A stretch of 58,445 nucleotides of DNA, the filler included, from Sphacelaria rigidula (Eukaryota): NCBI GenBank assembly GCA_964200075.2. It is 6 parts of 6 records of this genome, joined end to end, with 100 filler letters (N's around TTAATTAATTAA, not from the genome) between each part and the next. Parts side by side here need not be neighbours in the genome. Positions count along the whole stretch, not along the records: positions 39,033 to 48,689 come from CAXNAA020008019.1; positions 48,790 to 58,445 come from CAXNAA020008020.1; 4 more parts are not named here. One strand, written 5' to 3'. Within the stretch, counting starts at the first letter, position 1. The number at the start of each line of letters is the position of its first letter. Position numbers and translations under genes: made by a program. Of this stretch, positions 48,263 to 58,445 are shown in pieces. The notes beneath the pieces are model-generated. The model was given only the letters and a program-made list of their open reading frames with translations. It ran no database searches and was not told the DNA's origin.

Positions 48263-48689
48263 GGCTGATGATGCGATTCGATATTTGGCCACGCCGCACT
48301 GAGATGATTCGTCCCCAACCTGCAATCCTCAGATCTTGCTACCCTCAGACCCTCCACGCTCGACCGTTCGGGCAGCGAGGGACGAAACTAGGGACGGAAA
48401 GTGAAGGAAACATCATGAACGACGCAGATTTCTCTTGTTAATGCTTCCGCATTCCGCCGCTTTAGCCCCTGGCATTGAAGAAATGGTACGAGCTGGGCCA
48501 GCTTAAAAGCTGCTACAAGTTGCTCACACCACAGCTTCCCCAGTTTGCCGAATGAACCCGATGTAAGCATATCACCGTGAACTGCTGACCCACCTGATGA
48601 CAAATGACTGCGTCACTGTTCGATTGGCGTCGTATTTCCGATGACGTTATTGTACTGCATAGAGTACAGGGTGGGCCTGATATCGTTGA

Positions 48690-48789
48690 NNNNNNNNNNN
48701 NNNNNNNNNNNNNNNNNNNNNNNNNNNNNNNNNTTAATTAATTAANNNNNNNNNNNNNNNNNNNNNNNNNNNNNNNNNNNNNNNNNNNN
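48690..48789. other. Artificial contig linker
   Basis: N44-TTAATTAATTAA-N44. Confidence 0.97.
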
Positions 48790-49408
48790 CCCCAGCTCCT
48801 GTTTGTCCTCGGCTTTTCCCTTTTCGATTTACGTCACGATTTTGCCTCCCAAAACCATGCACTTTTTCTGGGGGGGGGCTATCGTAGAAAGTGTCAGCGA
48901 TAGGGGTAGTGCTGATCATTTTGACGATGTTTAGACAAAAAAACACGAAATTTGTCATAACTTATTGTTTTGGTTCATTTAGTCGCAAGAAATCGATAAT
49001 AAAACACTGACAAAAACCCCTGAAAGTCTAGTGGGCTTCCTGGGGTTTGTATATTTTCCTCTGCTCCTTATTGCTCGCTCTGTCCCGGTAACCTCAGATG
49101 CCAGCCACCCTCACTCACATGTATGTACACGAGCGCACTGTAGCGACAGCCTGTAGCCAAAGCCGCAACATTATCTCACGCTTCACCAAATTTGCCCGGA
49201 CTACTGGTGGGTACTCGAGGCACACGACCCGAAACATGATCCCAAAAATGTAAGCATAGTAAGAGATTAGCTTGGAGAGGGCGGCGTGTTCGCCATCTCA
49301 GGGGTCTCCATGCCAAGGATCTCTGTACACGACACTTGACCGCATTAGCCAACGCGCAGGCAATAGACTAGGGGGCAGGACTGTCCTGCCGTCGACGCCA
49401 ATTGTGGA

Positions 49409-50061
49409 AAGGTATCATGCATACACTCTCTTCTATCAGGACGTATCGATCCTCGATGGGTTGATCGGTAATGTTATGTCAACACCCGACTCAACCTCAG
49501 TTCACGCTTCTAGGTATTCGTGTCTTTTGGTCAGACAAGAAGCTTGTTCTCACTTGTATTATAGATGGCTTGACGATCCACGCTCCTTGCTCCCACTCGT
49601 ATTCACCAGATGGCAAGCAGCGATTGATGCAGAACAATGTCTCCCCTCAGTAGAGTGGGCAAGGTGGGGGAGAGGTGAGCCTCCTCAGGACCTCTACCCA
49701 TAGCCGAGCGGCGTTACCGCCTCTCGGAGCTGGGGGAAGACAAGCCTATTATCCACCTACCAACCTCAGCCGGGAATCTGTAGGATTCCCTGTGCCTACC
49801 ATCCTTCGGGAAGATCTTTGATCTGTAGAAATCTCGTGATCTACGGATCAGGGAAGGAGATGCTGTAAACGTTTCACCACCTCACGACACAAGCGTGAAT
49901 CATCACGCTATAGTACAAGTGAGAACGAGCTTCACGTCGGATTAATAGGCACGAATACTTAAACGCGTGAGCTGAGGTTGAGTCGGGCGTTGACATATTG
50001 CCGATCAACCCATCGAAGATCGATACATGCTGATGAAAGAGAGTGTATGCACGGTATCCTT
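49409..50061. mobile_element. Non-autonomous element with ~175-bp TIRs (Mutator/foldback-like)
   Basis: 49411-49584 is an inverted copy of 49892-50059 (TGCATACACTCTCTT / CGATGGGTTGATCGG / CCCGACTCAACCTCAG); no clear TSD. Confidence 0.75.
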
Positions 50062-53057
50062 ACCAGAGCTGAACCTCATTTTTTTTATGTTCGACTTCAT
50101 TTTCGAAAACAATGGTGACTGGAAATAAGACGGGGTTGGCGAAAGACAGACACCATATCCACTCACCACCCACGTACACGACGCCATGATATGTGAAAGT
50201 CCAAGTAAATATTGATATGTGCCTCACTCACAGCTGAAAGAAGATCGATCGGCAAGAAGGACCAAGCTTGCTGTGTTAGCCTGTTCGCTCTTCCTAAGAA
50301 GACGAGATGCTGGAGCATCGTCCTCGCGACAGAGGGTACAGTGTGCCCTTTTTAGGGGACTATCACAACCGCATCCATGCCTACTTTTGTTGTCTACACA
50401 TAAATGTTGACATGTTGTCGGGGACATATGCTTTCATGGTTGTTAATTTCTTTATCGTGTCCTTCTTTGTCTTACTTTCATTCGAGAAATATCCCTTCAT
50501 GCCATCCGGTGGTACACAGGAATCGTTGTACTCATGATTATTACATGCGGTGGTACACTTGAATCGCTGTGACGGAAATTAGAATAATTGTCCTTCTGTC
50601 CGACCATTTCACTCTGCAGGCCTGGCCCTGTTCAATTTTTCGATTTATTTGTCGGATCGGATTTTCTCACCCCTGTCATTTGACCCTCGTGCGGCATAGA
50701 CTGCCGACAGCTCTCACACAAACGCTCGGCCTGCAAATTTCGCAGGTGAGTAAAAACTGTACCTCCTCATGATGCAAAATAGCAGTCGCATGGTTCCTTC
50801 ATACTACCCAGCCGTGCACTGCTTATTGCAAGTAAAGTCAAGACGAGCAGCTGGAGCTTTTCGGCCCTGGACTAAGCATTGAGTCCTGTATTTACTCTTT
50901 CCCGAAGAATACAACAACAGGTGCTAGATCGTTCTCATCGGGCCCCAACCCAACACGTGCTCAAGGAAGCTCAGCTCCTGGCGAGGACGACTCATATCTG
51001 GTGCCGAAAGTGTTTGGAGCAGAATTAGGTGAGGTGGCTCTGGGCTACAGCTTAGGCAACCCCAGCGGAGACCAAATCATCTTCGCAATGTCCAAGTGCC
51101 CTTACCAACGGGTTTAATTTTTCATACTTTTCATCCATATTTCATCCCTACTTAATACAAAAATGAATGAAAATGGATCAAAATACTCCGGAGTATATCA
51201 AAAACAAGACCCGCCAAGGTTCCCAGACATACCACAGAACGGTGGTAGTCACGGCACATGATGAGAGAGGGTGTGAGTACGTGCTGCAGTATGCGGTAAA
51301 ACATGATTTGTCTGTTCCTCGATTTCGGTCGGGTTCCCATTTTGTTATCTGAAACCCGTTTGCTGACCAAAACTCAAAAAAATCGTGGTGGGTCACTTCT
51401 GTTCGAAATGCTCACTGATTTTGTTCTGTAAAGATTCCCCTTTTCACATTTCGTTCAAAATCGGGCGCGATTTTTATCTTGAACGGGCCCCATAATTTTT
51501 TGGTCTAATTTCTTTCTATAGCGAAGTAGCAACGCCGACGATACTCATCGGATTGGTATGGCTGCATTTCCTATGGATACGGATGGTTCCCATCTAGCTT
51601 GTGCTGCCGCTGTCGCAGCAGTTACAACCCCCCACCTGAGGGCGCACCTGAGGTTGGAGGGTTATAACTGTATAGTAGTAAGCACACGGTTCACTTACAC
51701 CACGCCTACGACGGATGAATCTGGTCGGTGCAAACGGTCTCTGCCGAAAGGCGCCTGGTGCTTTGTGACCACATTATGTGAATATTTCGGAGGGCCTTCC
51801 ACCACCTTACATGAAACAGCTTGATGAGGGTAATTTTTGCCCGCCTCTTCTTATATGTGAAAAAAAAACATACAAAGGCGTCGGGGACCCACTGAAAGCG
51901 GCGACCCCGAACATACGTACGTCCCGGTCCTTAAATTGGTTCGGTGAATAATGATTCAAAGGCAATATATCACTGTACCCATCTTGAGAGATGAAGCCAA
52001 ACATGATGAACCCAAAACACGATTTTTTCTGGCCTCAGTCTGTGCCTCCGGCGAGGTTTCCTCAGAACCTGGAGGGGGTGCGGTTTGCCTCGGCCTACGC
52101 CCTCGCGGCTTGTGCCGAAGGCACGACGGTTGCGGCTGGGCCGCCACACCAACAATACATCAAAATACGCTGCTGATGTTCCCTATGTACATTGTTTTGT
52201 AAAACCGACCAAACACAGCCCTAGTAATGGCAAGAGGTGTGCTTTGTCTCCCAACAATAAACAGCAACCTTTATTACAGAAAAAGACGGCTGCTGCAAGT
52301 AGACCACGAACGGCATTCGACGCGCGTCACCACTCCTAGTGCTACCGATACTCCTTTTGCACCCACGGATGTAGCGGCGGTTAAGAAGCCCCAATTTCAC
52401 TAGAGGCTCAACATCCTCACCCACCAATCATTGGACTTCAGAAGGGAAGGGCATTCATGAGTGAAGGCCATGGAACAAACGGCTCGTCGCGTTGACATCA
52501 ATGATCCGAAGTGCAATCCTCTCAAGTCTAACTCAGTAGCAAGACTCAAAATGGCCATATTTCAACATTTGGGAATTACTGCAAAGTGACGCTTTATTCA
52601 GCCCACTTTCTTGCGAGGCCAGATAAAACTTGTGTTGATGAAACACCAACCTCGATTTCTCATCTGCGAATGCCCGAGGAGCGTGCCCCCACCGCATTCT
52701 ACACGAACTACGCCGCTCGCTACTGAAACGTCCACCATGCAAACTGACAGCACATACAGCGCACCGGTTGATTCGTAACCTCCTCCACGTGGCACCTCTA
52801 TTTCTGCATTTCGCAGACTCCGCAACACTAGAAACATTTATGTCCAAGCGTCACAACCATCCTCCCAAGTCTCCCTTGGCCGAGATTGAGAAGAACAGAG
52901 CGATTGCTGCTGTCGTCGCGAAATGCTTGCAAGCATGCAGCACAAAAAACGAGTCCACCCAAAGGGCCTCATCGCATACACGCACATAGACCTGGAGACT
53001 ACATGTTATTAACATAATATGTAAATATTTGGCAATGCGACAGCAGGATGATCAACA

Positions 53058-56000
53058 TCAAGCTACCTTCCTGGTGAAAAGCAGTTTGACCTGATCTGGG
53101 CCGCTCGTGAAGGTGACACGTTCTTCCGGAGGGTCAGCCTGTGGCATCGAGGAACGAGCGGGCGGAGGCAAGAACAGGATGCCAGGGTGGGGATGCACCG
53201 CGTGCCGTTGCATGATCGCTGCTACTGTCGCTTCTCTAGAAGCCATGGATACTCTACGTATACGATGTAGTTTTCTCCTTCCCATTATTCTCCTCTTCAT
53301 CCCTTTCCTTTCACTGTTTTCCCTTCTGTTTCTCCCCTCTCAATGTCCTCTCATAGCTCTCCCACTTCTCGTTCATGAATATCCCATTTCCGTTTTTGCA
53401 CGTCCGTGATGTGTATCAAGTGACTTGAGCGGATCGGTCAATGTGCGACAACCAACCAATCATTAATTTATCAGTCAACGATGCCCGTCTCAATTACACG
53501 TCTCGTTGAAGTCCACCACCAACTGCAACACCTTTACTATTCCCGACCACCATGAGCAACACGTACCTTCGCACCAAACCAGCGACGCAAAAATCAGAAT
53601 AATAGCAGGCAGCAATACAAAATAGCCCTGCCACTACTGAGCACCGCAGGTCACCTTTTCAGCGATCTTCCCACACCTTCGTTGTGCTCAGGGTTCGTTG
53701 AAACCTGGATATCTCAACCCCGTGCCGTGCGGGTCCATCAAGGATGGCCGCATCTTATCCACCCCCTCAAAAACTACGTTTCCAAGGGAATGCTTGAGTG
53801 TTCGAATGCTCACCTGGCCGGGAGCCAGAGCCAAGTCGAAGCGAGCACATATTGCAGCGATAGCGATGGGGCCCTCTGCCTTGACAAGGTCCTGCAGCAC
53901 GAATGGACACACCAAGAAGATATGAGAGCGCGGAGTACGTTTCGCATGAAACTAGAAACATGAGCGCAACGCTTTGGCGTACGATGGGCGATGAAGCGTG
54001 CATCGAAGTGGGCAAAACCAAACAGCAACTCGAGAAAACGACACTGTTGTGAATCAATGGTTCCACTTCCTGCCGATATTTACTTGTGCAATTATCAATT
54101 TCCTGTCGAGGCACTTTGCGCGCAAAATGTCAAAACGAATTACTTCCGCGAAAGCATCGTGAGGTCGCCGGCTTAGGAGGTGTCACATCAAAAACGTTTT
54201 CGGTCGAAGAAGTCCGGTGGAAGAGGGAAATTCCGATTTGATTGGCCCTCGTCATTCATATCCTTACATGACTTCAACTCTTGTTCATATTCTTTGCGCC
54301 CGACCGGAACGCAAAAAATGAAAAATCTCCTTTTTTTTCATCATCAAATGCCAGATACCACTATCTCTGCTACCACTGCAACTACCCCAACCCTGCAGCA
54401 TAAAGCATGAGTTAAGCAGAGGGATCGATACACTGCACTAGTTGGAAACCGTAACTATCATCCTCTTGCAATAGTGTTTTTTTTCTGTTGGCGACAACTC
54501 GAGCACCTTCCTCTATGGTAGGGGTCGGCGACGGAACCGCGTGGTACGGTGGGCTACGGTATGGCGTAGACGCTCACGGACAGTACAAACAGCACTGCAC
54601 GTTAACCGCTTCTTGTCTACACCCTACTGTGCGAAAACAAACACATACACACTATCTGTATCCGGACAGTACAGACGGTGTTGTGCTGTCCGTACTGATT
54701 ACAAGTGATCAAGTTCCGCTTCGCGAACTTCACCATTTCCTTGCGCTTGCAAATGCGCTCGCGCCCAAACCGGGCAAAACAAAAAAGTTAGATCAAATTA
54801 ATTCCTCAGCACCTTTTCGTTCGATCGATGTTTTTCTTTGGTAAGACACCCCTTTATACAACTCACAACCAAGCGGGAAGCGTGACCTTTTCGGAATAAA
54901 CATGTTGACTGCTTTTTCAATCAGCGATCAATATCGCATTTCTGTTTCTTGCCAGGACGGCGTGATGATGTTCTGCGGTTGTACTGTATCATTCAATGGA
55001 AAACTTCGCTTCCAAGATTACAACGCTGCGGCAAACCGACGATTACGTAGGGTACGTTTTTTCGCCGGGTTCAACATATCGCCCAACTCCTCTAGGCTCC
55101 AATTTTTTGCAACATGCAAGTTATTCTTGAAAAAAACAAAAAACAGTGGTAAAAGACGGGCTTGGTCGGGAGGTGCATGATTCGGCAGGAAGGAGGGAAA
55201 ATGCCGTCCCCGACAGGTGATCTACCGTATCAACCGGGCTGTTTCTTACCACTTTGATCTATTGTAGACGAAGATGATAGCATTGGAACAGTGGAGAATG
55301 TGACGCACCCATTAGCGGAGAAAAAACTGGACAACTCTTCCCCTCTGGGACAAGATCAACACATTCACCCTCGGCCAAGCTCCCGCCGGAGGTGATACCA
55401 ATAATTTTGACCTGTAACTTGAGAACGGCGACACCCTTGGAGATGGGAGATGCATCACGAACACGCCTACACGCTACTCTGATGATTGATAAGCACATCT
55501 GCTCCCACCCAGGGTATGGGATGACTTCATCTCCCCCCCCCGAAGTACTCTCAGGGGGTGTTATCTAACGTTTTGGCCAGTAGTGTCCGAAGGAGAAGCT
55601 CGTGGAAATGGGGCAGATATCTCTACAACTGCCGTGCCTTATTGGGGTGATTTCATGATGATCATTCATCCCTCCGACACCGGGGATGAAAATGTTTCAC
55701 TCCCTGTCCACAAATGCGCAGGCGGCTGTTATCTACCGTTTTGGTCCTCAACACACGAACGATGATGCCCGTCGGGACTAGAGAGACACCACTAGAATGC
55801 TCACACTCCACCCAAATAGTTAATGACGACCCCTCATCCCAACACCTAGGATGAAATCGTTTCATTTACTTCTCAAACACACTCAGGAGGAGTGCTACCT
55901 GAGGTTTTAGCCCGTTCCATACGAAATCTGTAATCGTCATGTCCTACCTAATTCATTCATGTTGAATCCCCAACCGTTCACACCCCGAGGATGGCATAAT

Positions 56001-58236
56001 TCCCTCCTCACTCCACACACGCTTAGTGAGCTGTCATCTACCATTTCGGCCTCAATGTGCAGAAGGTGATTCCTGTCAGAACCAGAAAGGTATCACCATA
56101 ATGATCATATCGTAGCCTAGTTATTCATGATAAACCCCTCACCCTTAACACCCCGGAGATGAAATCCTTCAATCCCCCTTTCAAAATTGCTCATGGGGGT
56201 GTTATATAACGTTTTGACCCGAAGCGTACGAAGGAAGATGCCCCTGCGGATGGCAGAGATATTACTACAGCTTCTATGACTTGCTTCATCTATTCATGAT
56301 AATTTTTCACCGCTCTCACGCCAGGATGGAATCACTTTACCCCCTCTCCAAATACGCTAAAGGGGTGTTATCTACCGATTCTTGGTCTATGACTCACGAA
56401 TGATGATACCCCAGGAGCTGCGAGAGGTATCACTAGAATGCCTACTGCTGAAAAAAAGTTTGGTGAGGTAGATCATTGTCTACACTCCGCCACACTTTCT
56501 CGGATATGGGTCGAAAATGTTCCAGACCCGCCGGTCTTTGACGCTGGAACCTTCATCTGGCGTTTGCCCCGACCGAGGGGCCCCATATCGGGAAATGACG
56601 GCACTTCCCCCTCCCTTCCCCCCCGAGCGATCGAGAATGAGGAAATGACCAAATCAAACTGGCGAAAGCCTCGTTCTTCCTGTTTCTTCACCAGTACACG
56701 GAATTGAACGATCATTTCGATTACGCAGGGTTCGCCTCGACGACGTGAGCAGCCCAAAACCGAGGAGTTTTGGTGTGTCAGTTGTTTTTGTGGCCTTCGG
56801 GAAGCAAATTTCACGGATGGCAAATGATATTTGCGTCGCGGTGATCACTGGATAATGAGTATTGAGAAGCGCTGGCTTCAGCAAGACCGGTGGTTAGTAC
56901 CGACGTGGCACTATCACAGTGCTACGGCCGCTATGCAGGGGAGGGCGGTGTACCACGAGTAGTTCTGTGCTACTACTGAATGACTGAAATGTACACGCTG
57001 TAACTTGACGACGCGGTATTACCAGCCAGCATGGAAATGTTATGACATTATGGATATGTACAATGCGTGAATTGCATATGATCGCGTACTTTGCCCCCGT
57101 TTGGGCAGACAGCCGTGTTCACACAACGCGTATATCTTCATGTCGCCATCATACTGAACTGCGAAACAAAACAGGGAGAGGTTGCAAAGGGATATGTTGT
57201 GGACGTGGCGTGGCAAAAAAGAGTGTCCAACGTTGAGGTAGTGGCAGTTCCCAAATGACATCTACGTGAAGCGGTACTCGTTTAGTTGTATTCAATACAG
57301 ACAGTACAAACAGTACAGACAGTAAAGTAGTGCTGCCCTGTATTGTCTGCACAGTATGTGTGTTGGGCCGGTTCATTTCCGACGAATTGCGAAGCCATAT
57401 CTGCCAATAATGGTGCTTGTACAGCGAAGGTCACCCAAGTCGCCGCCTCACTTGTTCGCCACTCCTTGCCCCTACGGACATGTCCTTCTCTACTTGCTTC
57501 GACGTACCCCCACCACCTACCGTTTCAGTACACCCAGCCCAGGCCGACGCGGCTGGCATACACGTGCGGTGTAGTACAGCCACTGCTATCGCCATCATCC
57601 GGCGATCAGGGGGTACCCGCCCCCTAAAATTGGGACCCCCCCTTCCCCTCCCCCTCCTCCGACCCCAGAATGAGGTTTTTGCGGCCTGGCGGGGGGGAGG
57701 TGCCGTTATTTCCCGATATGGGGCCCCTGGCCCCGACTGATGTGACCCAATTCTCACAAAAATAATGTCTACCCACACAAATTTGACGTCGTAGGATCGA
57801 TTTCTGGGATAGGAATTGTGATCAACTAGCTATAATACATGGAATTTGGCATGTCACGTGAACAAAACGGTCATTATCCACATTATTTGTTTTCAAAATT
57901 ACCACCTCGGATTCGGAGTCTCGACTGATTTTCCAGTCGGAGTGAAATCCCCGGAGCGCGGCACTGGCCTGCGTCATCGTGAATCTGCCCGACGGAGGCA
58001 TCGAAAGCGACCGAAAGGAAGCATAGGGGAGGGAACGACAGTAACAGACAAGGCTGTTTGCGAGACCCTCAGACGGGGGAGCACTGACCTGTCCCGGGCA
58101 TACCCTGGGACCAGCACCAAAGGCCAGGAATGCAGCCTCGTTGTGCTGGACGTCTCGGTCTCCGATACGGCGGAGGGCCTCGTCTACCTCGGTTGTCTTA
58201 CCCAGTAATGCCTCCTCGCGTTCGGCCGCAATCCAC
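53058..58236 (-). CDS. Cytochrome P450, C-terminal part; exons 58236-58089, 53891-53814, 53138-53058
   Basis: In-phase GT-AG exons give (R)WIAAERE...AAFLAFGAGPRVCPGQ|DLVKAEGPIAIAAICARFDLALAPGQ|ADPPEERVTFTSGPDQVKLLFTRKVA*, containing the heme motif FGxGxRxCxG. Confidence 0.92.
55505..56441. repeat. Degenerate ~166-bp tandem repeat, about 6 units, intronic
   Basis: GGGTGTTATCTA-like anchor at 55556, 55724, 55890, 56029, 56197 and 56363. Confidence 0.8.
56574..57729. mobile_element. hAT-type non-autonomous element (1156 bp) with 8-bp TSD
   Basis: TIRs AGGGGCCCCATATCGGGAAAT.ACGGCAC / GTGCCGT.ATTTCCCGATATGGGGCCCCTG; GCCCCGAC duplicated at 56566-56573 and 57730-57737. Confidence 0.85.
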
Positions 58237-58445
58237 CTGCTCGTAGATTAACGGCACACGACAACATGACCACGATGTTAGAATAAATACTTGGAAATAT
58301 TGTTTGTCATAGTATTCGGAGCGTTATGAGGTACTGTATTCGGAATTGCGGGATGAATGCTTTGCCAGGAAACACAGGAAGGAATCTTCCGTCTTTGCTC
58401 GTGTAACTTTCGGAGCCAATTAGTACCCAACTTTACACATGGTTG

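Noticed and set aside
9660-48789. Regularly spaced TTAATTAATTAA motifs as a biological periodic signal or multi-gene system
   Set aside because: They are embedded in fixed N padding and are artificial linkers.
50623-51490. Harbinger-like element bounded by GGCCCTGTTCAA...TTGAACGGGCC
   Set aside because: Short imperfect TIR and no matching TSD.

Overview
Eukaryotic, repeat-rich DNA, most likely from a brown alga (Phaeophyceae): it carries an EsV-1-7 repeat protein and small GT-AG exons separated by long introns. It is not one locus. Six contigs (1-9659, 9760-19417, 19518-29175, 29276-38932, 39033-48689, 48790-58445) sorted by decreasing length are joined by artificial 100-nt N44-TTAATTAATTAA-N44 linkers. 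Most ORFs in the supplied track are spurious, so I rebuilt spliced genes by hand: a partial MATH/TRAF-domain gene, the last exon of SF3A3, a complete 6-exon secreted protein with two Cys-rich Ig-like repeats, a partial EsV-1-7 protein with at least 19 repeats, and the 3' end of a cytochrome P450. Mobile DNA includes a decayed Ty3/gypsy element (LTR, PBS, gag, PR, RT, RH), a gypsy integrase fossil, tRNA-derived SINEs, and Tc1/mariner-, hAT- and TTAA (piggyBac-like) MITEs. The best leads are (1) the EsV-1-7 zinc-finger-like array, whose variation concentrates at a few fixed positions per repeat in a TALE/PPR-like way, and (2) chains and nests of ~100-bp TTAA MITEs that insert at one another's target sites.
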